Counted from the first letter of the stretch, positions 10,784 through 20,994 are shown. The stretch: DNA of 64,000 bases from Candidatus Latescibacterota bacterium (GCA_965197905.1 CBDAOB010000002.1:399595-463594), one strand, 5' to 3'. Notes: generated by a model not told the origin, from the sequence alone. Program-made: numbers and translations.

Positions 10784-11848
10784 TTATGCGAGGCCCTGCT
10801 GCATGTGGTAAATCTTCAGCTTCAAGGCGGCGGACCGGAGTTTCCACGACTCCAATAGCTCCGCTGCTTGCTCCCCGGCCGAACCACTCAGCCGGTTGCC
10901 AAGATCGACCAGCAACTGCGCCAGGCGGGCGATCTTCTCTTCCGATGCGTGGCTGGTGAGCCGCTCGATATGTTTGAGAAAATCGGGGCCGACGAAACGA
11001 TCTGCCCGCATCAATACGGCGTCCAGGAACCGGGCGTGTCGGCGGGCGAACCGCTCCTCCTCGCTGCTCTTCTCGAAGAGAAATCGCAGCAGTTCCGGAC
11101 CCGGAGAGGCTTCCAGGACCTGCTCGCAGGCTCGCACCAGCCGCCTCCAGGCGCGGTCCTGTTCGGGACGATCCAACGCCCGCTCCGGACCATTACCTTC
11201 GATCACCACGTTGAAGAGTGGCACCTGGGGTAGCTCCTGGAAGAGGGCGTGCAGAGTATCTTCGTCGGACCCGGTCAGATCCGCGTCGAGGATCAAATAG
11301 ACCAGCTCCTTGACCAGGCGCGGATCGACCGTACGCAATTTTTCCAATAGAATCCTGCGGTTTTCGTTTTCCTGGCCGGCGAACAGATAGCTGATAAGCG
11401 AGCCGGCGGTGGCGCTGTTGATCGGCAGCCCCAGCACCGCCTCCCGGGCAACCCTTGGTTGGTCACGGAAAAGAAACTCCTGTATCTCGTCCTTCTGTCG
11501 CAGCCCCCAGACCAGCGCGCCCGCCACCTCCGTGTCCGGCTCGGCCCGAATCATCCGCTGCAACCGCTCGATCGCCGGTGCCGATGAGATCCACCGGCGG
11601 TGATACCCGAGGAGCTGGGCCGCTAAGAGCCGCCGGGGATTCCTGGGCTGTTCCATTACGCTCCAGAGAAGTTTGGTTCCAGTGCTGCCCGGAACCAGGT
11701 GACGTAGCTGTTCGACAGCGCGCGCGCGTTGCGCCAGAGTCTCTGCTTCGGCAGCAACGGTTAGCAGATCCTCCAATTGCGGCACGCTTTCAACCTCTTC
11801 CGAAATGGTCGGTTGGGGTTCATCTTCCTCTCTGATATCCAATACCAT
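10784..11848 (-). CDS. Hypothetical all-alpha protein, HEAT-repeat-like
   Basis: 354 aa Leu/Glu/Arg-rich helical ORF; RRLLAAQLLG, EPDTEVAGALVWGL, DQPRVAREAVLGL. Confidence 0.6.
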   Translation of the reverse strand: MVLDIREEDEPQPTISEEVESVPQLEDLLTVAAEAETLAQRARAVEQLRHLVPGSTGTKLLWSVMEQPRNPRRLLAAQLLGYHRRWISSAPAIERLQRMIRAEPDTEVAGALVWGLRQKDEIQEFLFRDQPRVAREAVLGLPINSATAGSLISYLFAGQENENRRILLEKLRTVDPRLVKELVYLILDADLTGSDEDTLHALFQELPQVPLFNVVIEGNGPERALDRPEQDRAWRRLVRACEQVLEASPGPELLRFLFEKSSEEERFARRHARFLDAVLMRADRFVGPDFLKHIERLTSHASEEKIARLAQLLVDLGNRLSGSAGEQAAELLESWKLRSAALKLKIYHMQQGLA

Positions 11849-11861
11849 GACAATTCACCAT

Positions 11862-12734
11862 TCATTGCCCAGCTTCATCGCTGGGTATCGGCCTCTCGGC
11901 CAGAAAGAAATGCTCCAGGAAGATGTTGACCTGCTCCACCGCCGCCCTGGCGTGCCCCAGGTCGAACCCCGCTGGATTCTCCAGGTACCCGGCGATGACG
12001 CCAAACGGCTGAACGAGATCGGAACGCATGCGCGCGAACATTTCCTCCTGGATGTCGGAGTGGGTTCGAGCGGCATCTGCCTGAGACGTGGTATCCCGCA
12101 GCAGAATCATGATTCCCGGACCGTGCGCCAGCTCGCAAGCGTGCATGGTTACTTCCAATGGAAACGGCTTTTTGCGTGAGAAGGTTACTTCCGGGAAACC
12201 TTGTAGGACGATCAGCGGATCGAAACCGGTCAGGTCGGCGAAAACGGTGCTGTCCAACGTCGAATCCTCGACGCCGAGCCAGCTCCTGGCCAGGCTGTTG
12301 GTGGCCTCCAGGCCTCCCTCCGCATTGAGCATGATCAACCCCAGCGGCAGGCCGCCCAGAAAATCTTCGAGGCTGGCGCTGGAGCGCAGAGACCCCGTGT
12401 TGGCCGGAACCTGTGTAACCAGGTTTTCGATGGTGGTCGACAAGTGTTGCAGATCGAACATGAAACCCCGTTGACCGGCGGACTTCATGTAGCCGCTCTG
12501 GCATAAGCCGTTGAGCGCCTCGACGGTCTCCGGTCTCGGCATGCCCAACCGCAAGCCCACCCCTTGGAAGTCGTCGTCCAGGAACGGGTTGGCGAGGAAC
12601 TCACGCATAATCTTGCACTCCGCCTCGGCAAGCGGTTGACCGGTAGGTACCGGCAACTCCGCCAGCAGCGAATCCGCGCTCGAATCCGTGTACATACGAG
12701 CCCCTTTGCGAATCTTGAAAGGGAGATCTACCAA
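11862..12734 (-). CDS. Hypothetical wHTH-PAS-degenerate HisKA protein
   Basis: N-terminal LRLGMPRPETVEALNGLCQSGYM (wHTH-like); LGGLPLGLIMLNAEGGLEATNSLARSWLG...MILLRDTT (PAS); C-terminal helix pair. Confidence 0.6.
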   Translation of the reverse strand: MVDLPFKIRKGARMYTDSSADSLLAELPVPTGQPLAEAECKIMREFLANPFLDDDFQGVGLRLGMPRPETVEALNGLCQSGYMKSAGQRGFMFDLQHLSTTIENLVTQVPANTGSLRSSASLEDFLGGLPLGLIMLNAEGGLEATNSLARSWLGVEDSTLDSTVFADLTGFDPLIVLQGFPEVTFSRKKPFPLEVTMHACELAHGPGIMILLRDTTSQADAARTHSDIQEEMFARMRSDLVQPFGVIAGYLENPAGFDLGHARAAVEQVNIFLEHFFLAERPIPSDEAGQ

Positions 12735-12780
12735 GGGAATGTGGGAAGGGGGGAAGCTCAGATTTTATAAAGCGTTACCG

Positions 12781-12809
12781 AATATAAAAAGTGCCAGGGC
12801 AATATGCAA
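12781..12809 (-). promoter_or_regulatory. Putative sigma-70 promoter for the wHTH-PAS gene
   Basis: Minus strand TTGCAT-N17-TATATT. Confidence 0.55.
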
Positions 12810-13072
12810 GATGGCGTTTTTTCCCCCGCCCGACTTTCGGACTCTACAGGCGACGGTGTGGTCGGCGTAGGCCTGTCGGGCAAGGAACGGGACGGCTGCC
12901 TGGTCTCGTTTTTGCGGCTTTAATTCAGCGGAATGGTCCGGATAGGATCATAACATATTGTATATAAACGAGTTATGTGAAATACGTGAGCGCCGCATCA
13001 ACTCCCGAATGAGAAGATTTTGCGGTAGCGGGGGAAAACAGTGCGGAATGAGCTAGAGAGGAGGATAGGAAA

Positions 13073-14110
13073 ATGGAAGTCTACAGCAAGGAAGAGATAA
13101 AGAGAGAGGCGGAGGAGGAGGAGCTCAGCCCGCAGGAAAAGGCAGCTATTTTGATGGTCGCCCTCGGTGAGGAAAGCGCTGGTGAGGTGATGAAATACCT
13201 CGCGGACTACGAGATCGAAGACCTCACCCAAACCATCACCCAGCTCAAACACCTACCCGTCGAGCTGCAGGACAACGTTCTGGAAGAATTCGAACAGCAT
13301 CTCCTGGCCGGGGCCTGGCTCAGTCAGGGCGGCGTCGACTTCGCCCGCTCAGCCCTCGAGCGCGCCGTAGGCCCCCGCCGCGCTCAGGAGATTCTCGATC
13401 GTATAGCGAGCACGGTAACCTCGGGGTTCTACATGCTCAAGAACGTCCCGCCCGAACAGATCGCCCCATTCATTTCCAACGAACACCCGCAAACCATTGC
13501 CTTGATTCTGTCCCAGTTGGAACCGGCACAGAGCGCGGGTATCCTCGCCCAGCTGTCGGAACGAACGCAAGCTGAAGTGGCGTACCGGATTGCCACCATG
13601 GACAACATCACACCCAGCGTCATTAATCAGATCGAGGAGAGCCTGCAGACCAACCTGAAGGACATCCTAGGCGGTCACAAGGACGTGGGCGGACCGAAAA
13701 TCGTTGCCGACATCCTCAACCTCACCGGCACCAGCGTCGAGAAACATGTCCTGGACAAGATCGACGCCCAGGATCCGGAGACCGCCGAGGTCGTGCGCAA
13801 CATGATGTTCGTGTTCGAAGACCTGATCACCTTGACGGACCGCGAGATTCAGATATTGCTGCGGGAGGTCGACCAGAAGGACCTGGTGATCGCCATGAAA
13901 GCAGCCAGCGAGGAGTTGAAGGAAAAGATCCTCGTCAACATGTCCGACCGAATCCGCACCTTCATGCAGGAGGAAATGGACTTCATGGGACCGATGCGGC
14001 TGCGCGAGGTGGAAGATGTCCAACTGCGCATCGTGCAGAAAGCACGGCAGCTCGAGGATCAGGGCCAGCTCAACATCGTCCGCGGTCATGCGGAAGACAC
14101 CTTCGTGTAG
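13073..14110 (+). CDS. fliG: Flagellar motor switch protein FliG
   Basis: KAAILMVALGEE, GGVDFARSALE, EHPQTIALILS, VGGPKIVADILN, MFVFEDL, MGPMRLREVEDVQ. Confidence 0.93.
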   Translation: MEVYSKEEIKREAEEEELSPQEKAAILMVALGEESAGEVMKYLADYEIEDLTQTITQLKHLPVELQDNVLEEFEQHLLAGAWLSQGGVDFARSALERAVGPRRAQEILDRIASTVTSGFYMLKNVPPEQIAPFISNEHPQTIALILSQLEPAQSAGILAQLSERTQAEVAYRIATMDNITPSVINQIEESLQTNLKDILGGHKDVGGPKIVADILNLTGTSVEKHVLDKIDAQDPETAEVVRNMMFVFEDLITLTDREIQILLREVDQKDLVIAMKAASEELKEKILVNMSDRIRTFMQEEMDFMGPMRLREVEDVQLRIVQKARQLEDQGQLNIVRGHAEDTFV

Positions 14111-14126
14111 GGGTGGAGAAGACCGC

Positions 14127-14558
14127 TTACGCCCGATCCTCCGCGGCGTAGGTTTCAACCCTTAAACTGAAGGGATCGTCCTCAGTCTCCAGTCGCACCA
14201 CCACCACAGTCTCTCCGTCGATGCGGACCGTCGCCTTGCGGCGAATGCGGTCGTCCGCAGAAATCTGAAAGGCGAGATCGAACTCGACCTCCGTATCTGC
14301 CGGCAGCACACCCGCTGAGATATCGCGTCGCTCCCCCACACCCACGAGGCTGCGCACGATGCCCGGGTCACGGCTGGTGAAACTGTCCACAAAGGCCACC
14401 TCAACCAGGTAGGGCGTCAGATTCTCCATGAAGACCCGCCCCGATTCTGGCTGCCCTGACCCATCCGGACTTTCTTCGGGATCATCCGGCGCCACTGGGC
14501 TTTTGTCGCCAGCACACGCGAGCAGGACACAGGCGACAAGCAGTGCCAACGATTTCAC
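14127..14558 (-). CDS. Hypothetical lipoprotein
   Basis: GTG start overlapping the selA stop; VKSLALLVACVLLA-C lipobox. Confidence 0.65.
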   Translation of the reverse strand: MKSLALLVACVLLACAGDKSPVAPDDPEESPDGSGQPESGRVFMENLTPYLVEVAFVDSFTSRDPGIVRSLVGVGERRDISAGVLPADTEVEFDLAFQISADDRIRRKATVRIDGETVVVVRLETEDDPFSLRVETYAAEDRA

Positions 14559-15961
14559 CTTTGCTCCTCCGCAATGGAGTTCAGACTGCTTGCGATCAGA
14601 GTGAGCTGGCTGTCGCTCACCGTGCACATATCGAGATACAGCCGGTCCCGCTGAATCCTGCCCACGACCGGGAGCGCACCGGTTCGCAACAGCCGGGCAA
14701 GCCCTTCCACGGAGCAGAAGTCGGGGCATAGCGTGATGGAGTAGCTGGGAATCTCCTCCAACGGCAGCGCCCCGCTTCCAACCTGCGCCACGGAGTCCTC
14801 CAGTCGCGGGTTCAGCAGGTTGGCCGTCGACTCAGACAACATCGCGACCAGTCGTTCGCCGCGAGCTTTTACCGTGCCGGCCGGCGCGCTCATCATGTTC
14901 AACACCGGATGCAGCTCCGCCAATTTTGCGGGCGCCAGAAAGAAAAGCCTGAGGCAAGCTTCCAGCGCGGCAAGGGTGAGTTTGTCACAACGCAACGCCC
15001 GCATCAGCGGATCACCTTTGAGTTGCTCGACACATGAGCGCGATCCGACGATCAGACCCGACTGCGGTCCTCCAAGTATCTTGTCTCCGCTGAAGGTTAC
15101 CAGGTCAACACCGGCAGCGAGACTCTCCGCGACAACCGGTTCGGAGGGCAGACCCCAGATTTTCAGATCGACCAGCACGCCACCTCCGAGATCGTGCACT
15201 ACGGGCACCTGGGCTTTTCGCCCCAAAGCGACCAACTGCTCGAGTTCCACGCTGGCGGTGAATCCCTTGACTTGGTAGTTGCTCGGGTGGACCACTAGAA
15301 TCATCGCCGTGTCCAGGCTGAGTGCCTCAGCGTAGTCGTTGAGGTGAGTGCGATTGGTGGTACCTACCTCCCGAATGCGCGCACCGCTGGAAGTGATGAT
15401 CTCAGGTATGCGGAAGGAACCGCCGATCTCGATGAGCTCCCCGCGGGAAACCAGAACCTCGCGTCCCCTGGACAGGCTATTCAACGCCAGCAGGACCGCT
15501 GCTGCGTTGTTGTTGACCACGATGGCTGCTTCGGCGCCCGCCAAGCGGCAGACCATCTCCTCCACGTGGTCGAGACGGGAACCCCGGTCGCCCCGGGCTA
15601 GATCGATCTCGAGATTACAATACCCTTCGGCTACGGTCGCCAGTGTTTCCCGCGCTGCCGCAGGCAGCGGCGCGCGGCCGAGTCCAGTATGGAGAATGAC
15701 CCCGGTGGCGTTGATGACCGGCCGCAGACGAGGTTGGTCTGCTCCAGCGATCCGAGCTCTCAGCTCTAGGGCCACCCGCTCCGGCAGCGCGACCGGGTCG
15801 GCGGCGATACCTCCCTGGCGAATCTGGTCGCGCCAAGCGGTCAGGATGAGGCGTATCTGACTGACCACGAACTCGCGGTCATAGCGCTCCAGCAATTCTA
15901 GAGTTATCGCTTCTTGCAAAACCGCGTCGACAGAAGGTAAGTCCCGTGCTATCAAAGACAT
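14555..15961 (-). CDS. selA: L-seryl-tRNA(Sec) selenium transferase
   Basis: LPSVD, VINATGVILHTGLGRA, VNNNAAAVLL, SRGELIEIGGSFRIP, EVGTTNRT, FSGDKILGGPQ, RALRCDK. Confidence 0.95.
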   Translation of the reverse strand: MSLIARDLPSVDAVLQEAITLELLERYDREFVVSQIRLILTAWRDQIRQGGIAADPVALPERVALELRARIAGADQPRLRPVINATGVILHTGLGRAPLPAAARETLATVAEGYCNLEIDLARGDRGSRLDHVEEMVCRLAGAEAAIVVNNNAAAVLLALNSLSRGREVLVSRGELIEIGGSFRIPEIITSSGARIREVGTTNRTHLNDYAEALSLDTAMILVVHPSNYQVKGFTASVELEQLVALGRKAQVPVVHDLGGGVLVDLKIWGLPSEPVVAESLAAGVDLVTFSGDKILGGPQSGLIVGSRSCVEQLKGDPLMRALRCDKLTLAALEACLRLFFLAPAKLAELHPVLNMMSAPAGTVKARGERLVAMLSESTANLLNPRLEDSVAQVGSGALPLEEIPSYSITLCPDFCSVEGLARLLRTGALPVVGRIQRDRLYLDMCTVSDSQLTLIASSLNSIAEEQR

Positions 15962-16113
15962 ACCGAGGAGTATACAGCGCCGGTCTGGTCCCGGCAAGTA
16001 AGGATCGGCAGGCCCAGAAAGGGGCGCAAAAAATCCGACTTTACCCTTTCTGCCTATCGGCTTATCTTTCTGAATACCCCATCCCTGCTTAGACCTATCT
16101 CCTTGTAAAATCT

Positions 16114-18225
16114 ATGCATTCCGTCAATAAAGGCGGATTCGTGTCCGCTCTGGCGGGCATTTGCCTGTCCGCCTTTCTGAGTGTCAGCCCGTGCTTGGGC
16201 TCGGTTCACGTCGTGCGCCCTGGCGACACCCTGAGCGAGCTTGCCGCCCACTTCGGTGTTTCTACACAACAGCTGCGCCAATGGAACGGCCTGAGGGGTG
16301 ACCGCATATACCCCGGCCAACGGTTGACAATCACTGTTGACGAAGCGCGGTATGTCGTGCGAAAAGGGGACAGCCTGTCTCGAATCGCCACCCGATACGG
16401 CATCTCCGTGAAACGGTTGCGCCGGCTGAATCCAGGTGTCGGCGCTCGGATCTACCCCGGCCAGAAGCTCGATCTCCGCGCCCCCAACCGATCTAAACAT
16501 CGGGTACGCAAGGGGGACACCCTCTCGGAAATCGCCGCGAGATACGGAACCACCGTGCCTTATCTCAAGCGCATGAACCGATTGAAGGGGGACCTCATTT
16601 CTCCGGGTCAGGTGCTCGAGGTCCGGGGCTCTGTTGAAGGCGTAATTGAACCCCGTGAGTACGTCGTGAGAAAGGGAGACACCCTGTCGGAAATCGCGGT
16701 GCGGTTTGACGTCGGAGTCGGCCTCTTGCGGCAGCTTAATCGGCTCAGCGATTCCCGCATCGTGCCTGGACAGAAGCTGCGGTTGCGGCCCTCGAAGCGG
16801 GATGAAGCTGTGCACATCGTGCGCCGCGGCGAAACCCTCTCGGAGATAGCGGCGCGTTATCGGGCTTCCGTCTCGAGGATCAAAGCGATCAATGGCATCG
16901 CGGGATCCAAGATTCTAGTTGGCCAGAAGCTGCGCCTACGTCCCACTCCGACGGCCACCCACCTCGTCGAACGGGGAGACGCGCTGTGGGAGATCGCGCG
17001 GGCCTACGACATGACCGTCGCCGAGATCAAGGAGTTGAACGGTCTGTCCACCAACAGAATCTACCCCGGCCAGGAACTGAAGCTGAACGCGGGAACGGCT
17101 GCCCGTTTTGCGCAGTACGTGGTGAGAACAGGAGACTACCTCGGAGAAATCGCACGCTTGCACCAGATGAGCCTGGCCGAACTGAAGAGTGTGAACAACC
17201 TGCCCTCCTCGGTTATTCACCCAGGGGATAGGATCAAGGTAAAACCGCTGTTGGGCGGCGGTGGAAACCGCTTGACACTGTCCGAGATCGACTGGAATAA
17301 ATTGCGGGTGCGCGTTGGGGGCGTGCCGCGGCTCGATACCGACAACGGTCCGTACTACTACGCGGCGCCCAGCGCCAAACGGCAAAGGCGTGCCAGCTAC
17401 TACGAAGAACACCCCAGCTCGACCCTTGCCACTTATAAGAAAGCCTTGCAAGTGTGGAAGTCTTTCGAGCGTGAGGTGGATGACCTGGGTCGTTTGAGCG
17501 AGGCGCTGAACAGCTGGAACATCGTGCTGGACCCAGGGCATGGCGGACTCGATCCGGGCGCCGTAGTCAAGACGTTGGACGGTAACGGCAAGGCGCTATA
17601 CGTGGTGGAAGACGAATACGTATTTGATATCGCTCTGCGGACATTCGTGCTTTTGCGTCTTCACGGCGCCGATGTATCCACCACCCTCATCAGCCCCAAT
17701 CATCTTATACGCCAGAGCAGACCACCGACGCTGACCTTTGTGAATCAAAAGAACGAGGTCTACAACAGCTATAGAATGAATCGTTCCGATGCCCGCACCA
17801 ACTGGCCGCGGGGCGGGAACCTCGATTCGCGCGTCGAAATCGCGCGCAACGCCTTCCTGGACGCTGCCGCGCGGCGGCGCATCTTCATCTCGTTCCACGC
17901 CGATATCGATGCCAATGCACCCGAAGCCCCACTAGTCCTCTATTACGAAAGCAGTGACGGGCGCAAACGCGACTCGGCGTCGCGGCGGTTTGCCCGAGCA
18001 TTGCTTCCGGCTCTTGGTGCCGGCGCTCGTGCCCGTGGGCAGCCCCTAGGGGTGTTGCGGCGCAATCCGGCAGACGTAAAAGTCCTCGTGGAGCTGCGGA
18101 ATCTGGCATACACCGACCACGCCTGGGCCTTGAGATTTGAAGCGCTGCGCCAGCGCGACGCGGAAAAGGTGGTCAAGGGAATCCTGGATTACGCCGGTAG
18201 CGAGAACCGAGGCGCGTCCCGCTGA
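16114..18225 (+). CDS. Secreted 7xLysM N-acetylmuramoyl-L-alanine amidase (Amidase_3)
   Basis: Signal peptide; seven V(R/E)xG(D/E)xL LysM repeats; LDPGHGG, E, FISFHAD, VLVEL amidase motifs. Confidence 0.88.
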   Translation: MHSVNKGGFVSALAGICLSAFLSVSPCLGSVHVVRPGDTLSELAAHFGVSTQQLRQWNGLRGDRIYPGQRLTITVDEARYVVRKGDSLSRIATRYGISVKRLRRLNPGVGARIYPGQKLDLRAPNRSKHRVRKGDTLSEIAARYGTTVPYLKRMNRLKGDLISPGQVLEVRGSVEGVIEPREYVVRKGDTLSEIAVRFDVGVGLLRQLNRLSDSRIVPGQKLRLRPSKRDEAVHIVRRGETLSEIAARYRASVSRIKAINGIAGSKILVGQKLRLRPTPTATHLVERGDALWEIARAYDMTVAEIKELNGLSTNRIYPGQELKLNAGTAARFAQYVVRTGDYLGEIARLHQMSLAELKSVNNLPSSVIHPGDRIKVKPLLGGGGNRLTLSEIDWNKLRVRVGGVPRLDTDNGPYYYAAPSAKRQRRASYYEEHPSSTLATYKKALQVWKSFEREVDDLGRLSEALNSWNIVLDPGHGGLDPGAVVKTLDGNGKALYVVEDEYVFDIALRTFVLLRLHGADVSTTLISPNHLIRQSRPPTLTFVNQKNEVYNSYRMNRSDARTNWPRGGNLDSRVEIARNAFLDAAARRRIFISFHADIDANAPEAPLVLYYESSDGRKRDSASRRFARALLPALGAGARARGQPLGVLRRNPADVKVLVELRNLAYTDHAWALRFEALRQRDAEKVVKGILDYAGSENRGASR

Positions 18226-18282
18226 TATATAGCCTGGATTCTGCTGCCTGCGCCCGCCGCGAAGAGTGCAATTCATTATCCG

Positions 18283-18409
18283 AAAAAAAAAAAGCCCCCC
18301 GAACATCGGAAAGATAACTCCGACTTCGGCCACAACCTTCCCTAACGCTCCACAGCGCCGATAACCGCGGTCTTGCGCGTTCCTCGTCCTCTGCGGTTGG
18401 GGGGCTTTC
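18283..18409 (-). terminator. Large branched stem-loop ending in a U-tract (terminator or sRNA)
   Basis: AAAGCCCCCCAAC pairs with GTTCGGGGGGCTTT about 95 nt away, followed by a T11 run; two internal hairpins. Confidence 0.5.
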
Positions 18410-18431
18410 GTCTGCTGTGACGAGGAACCGA

Positions 18432-18679
18432 CTATTTCTCGTCCACCAATTTCCGCACCGCTTTCCTGACCACCTCAGGCTCCAAACCAGCCAGTTCGCA
18501 CCACGGATCGATCCTGGGGCTTTCAACGAAGGCTATTTCCGGGGTGGAGTCTTCACAGGCGATACTCAGTTCCATCTTCGATATCTCGCGTAACGTACTG
18601 AGAATCATGGCATTTGCGAGACGACGATATGCCATGGTTACGCGTTCACTCTGCGCTGCATCCTGGTCGGCTCTCATGA
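18432..18679 (-). CDS. Small hypothetical protein
   Basis: YRRLANAMILSTLRE...PWCELAGLEPEVVRKAV is helical and protein-like; followed by a terminator; start uncertain. Confidence 0.55.
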
Positions 18680-18745
18680 TGAGATTTCCTGACGATTTAG
18701 GTGTCTGAGTTCGCGCGAGTCGCGTTGAGATTCCGTTTTTTGCTG

Positions 18746-19951
18746 CTACCATATCGAAGCCGTTTGTAAGGGCGAATTAAGGCGTTTTAACAGCAACAAA
18801 TTTAAACCATTTTCACGAAAATCCTTCAAAAAAATGGCTAGATCAGGGAAAAAATCGGGGTGGCGCCCGGCGCAACAGCGCCAATCTTTCGCTAACTCGA
18901 TTAGAGTCAGGAGGTTGGAGCTTCGGAGGCGATTAGACAGCTTCAGGCACCACCGACGTTCTCGCGCCGCGCGATAGAGTCGGTGAATCCATTCGATGGT
19001 TCTCAGCGCCTGGCGAGCTCCCGCCAATAGGTCGCCTTCGCCTTCTATGGTGCGCAACAAATCGTCCCACTCCAGTGACCAAGAGCGGTCTTCTGCTGGA
19101 AATTCGAACCGCGTTTCTTGGGGGGACCCTCCGCCGGCGGCGCGCTCGCCGACGATGGCGACCTCCTCACCGTAAGAGCCGCCAAGACCCTGGGCTATGG
19201 CGTATCCATCGCTGCCAAATACCTCGAGGCTGAACAGATTCTTCCACTGGGTCCAGCTGACATGGAGCACGGCGGTCTGGCCTTCAGCCGTTTGGAACAA
19301 ACCGAAGGCGTTGTCTTCCTGGGGGGCCATATCCCACACCATCGTGGCAATGGTGCCGGTAACAGAATCGAAGTCGCCCATGATCCAGTGGAAGAGATCC
19401 ACCAAATGGGCACCCTGATCCAACAACTCGCCGCCCCCGGATCGCTCAGGGTCGGCGCGCCACTCGCGGTCGTAGCCTGGACGACCTCCGTGCCCGTAAC
19501 GACCGCGCAGAAAGGTAAGCGATCCAAGTCCGCCCTCCTTGACCACCTCCACCACCTTGGCGATCGCCGGGTGGTAGCGGTGATTGTATCCCGCCTTCAG
19601 ACACCGCTGTGAGGTTTGCGCAGCGGTCAGGACAGATCGAACCTCGTCCGGGTTGCGGCCCACCGGTTTTTCGCACAACACGTGCTTCCCCGCGTTCAGG
19701 GCCGCGGCACTCAGGGGAGCCAGGGATTCGTGTGTCGTCGAGACTACGATGATTTCCAACCCCGGGTCTTCCACCACCTCTTCCCAAGAACGGGCGACCA
19801 CGGCGCCAGTCTCAGCGGCCACTCGATCCGCCCAATCCCGCTGCGGATCGAAAACGACGGACAACTCCGACCGCAGCGAACGGTTGATCACCTCAGCCCG
19901 CTTGGCACCCACAAACCCGGTGCCCAACAATCCTACCTTATACATCTCCAT
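18746..19951 (-). CDS. Gfo/Idh/MocA oxidoreductase (C-terminus possibly extended by a frameshift)
   Basis: VGLLGTGFVG, GKHVLCEKP, GYNHRYHP, GGGELLDQGAHLVD. Confidence 0.9.
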   Translation of the reverse strand: MEMYKVGLLGTGFVGAKRAEVINRSLRSELSVVFDPQRDWADRVAAETGAVVARSWEEVVEDPGLEIIVVSTTHESLAPLSAAALNAGKHVLCEKPVGRNPDEVRSVLTAAQTSQRCLKAGYNHRYHPAIAKVVEVVKEGGLGSLTFLRGRYGHGGRPGYDREWRADPERSGGGELLDQGAHLVDLFHWIMGDFDSVTGTIATMVWDMAPQEDNAFGLFQTAEGQTAVLHVSWTQWKNLFSLEVFGSDGYAIAQGLGGSYGEEVAIVGERAAGGGSPQETRFEFPAEDRSWSLEWDDLLRTIEGEGDLLAGARQALRTIEWIHRLYRAARERRWCLKLSNRLRSSNLLTLIELAKDWRCCAGRHPDFFPDLAIFLKDFRENGLNLLLLKRLNSPLQTASIW

Positions 19952-19991
19952 CTCGTATAGTAGAAATACGCATCCTCCCGTTGGAACTGTT

Positions 19992-20843
19992 TCACTCCTC
20001 GCTCAACCGTCGTCCGGTTTCTTTGACGCGTCTCACGGCAAACATATCGGACGCCATGACGGCTTCGATATCCAGGCTTTCCCAGTTGTCCCAGAGAGCG
20101 CTGATGAGGCGCCCACTCAACCCGTCCGAACGCCGAGACGCCAGATAGACCGCCAAGGCGGCGGCTCTCGCCGGGTCGGCTCCCCCTTCCGCTTTCTGCT
20201 TCAAGGCTGCTTCGGCCTCAAGTCCGGCGGCATCTCCTGCCTCGATGACAACATCCAACATGGTCGTGTTGATGGCCCCAGGGGCAATGGCGTTGACATC
20301 GATGCCATATTCGGCCACCTCGGCGGCAACCGTTTCGGTTAACCGAACCACGGCTGCTTTTGAGGCGCTGTAGGCACCGAATCGCGGACGCGGCCCGACC
20401 GCTCCACCTCCCGATAGATTTATGATCTTGCCGGCTCGCTGTTCGATCATGTACGGCAGAGCGTAGCGGGTACACAGGAAACATCCCAAAAGATTGACAC
20501 GTATCGCCCGCTCCCAGTCTGCGCCGTCGATTTCCTGGATTGGACCGATGGGACCGGTAATCCCGGCATTGTTGGTCAGGATGTCGATGCCCCCGAAGCG
20601 CTCGACAAACGTCTGGATGCTGGCTCGGACATCGCTCTCCTCCCCCACATCGCCTGGCAGGACCGCTGCTTCGCTTCCGGCGTCAGAGATCTCCCTGGCC
20701 ACAGCTTCCAACTGGGACCGGGTTCGAGCCATCAGGCCGACCTGTGCGCCGGCGGCGGCTAGTGCCACGGCGATGGATCGGCCTATGCCGCGGCCCGCTC
20801 CCGTTACCAATGCCCGCTTGTTTGTGAGTTCGGATGAATTCAT
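19992..20843 (-). CDS. SDR family oxidoreductase
   Basis: TGAGRGIG, NNAG, YSASK, VNAIAPG. Confidence 0.92.
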   Translation of the reverse strand: MNSSELTNKRALVTGAGRGIGRSIAVALAAAGAQVGLMARTRSQLEAVAREISDAGSEAAVLPGDVGEESDVRASIQTFVERFGGIDILTNNAGITGPIGPIQEIDGADWERAIRVNLLGCFLCTRYALPYMIEQRAGKIINLSGGGAVGPRPRFGAYSASKAAVVRLTETVAAEVAEYGIDVNAIAPGAINTTMLDVVIEAGDAAGLEAEAALKQKAEGGADPARAAALAVYLASRRSDGLSGRLISALWDNWESLDIEAVMASDMFAVRRVKETGRRLSEE

Positions 20844-20994
20844 GGCCCGGGACCTAAGATAATTCACTTTCCAGGAATTTGCGGCCACGTCCAGATAGCG
20901 TCGCCTATTTCGCGAGCGGCTCGACGAAAGGGCTCGCGTTGACCTATCTCGTGCGTTCACCTAGATTTACACCCTCAACTACCGGATATTCCGC

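Noticed and set aside
14555..15961. Local selenoprotein, SECIS or tRNA-Sec near selA
   Set aside because: No in-frame TGA-split gene, selB, selD or selC recognised in the window
16114..17250. CRISPR-like recurring DNA such as GACACCCT.TCGGA
   Set aside because: Explained by LysM coding repeats; no identical repeats with spacers and no cas genes
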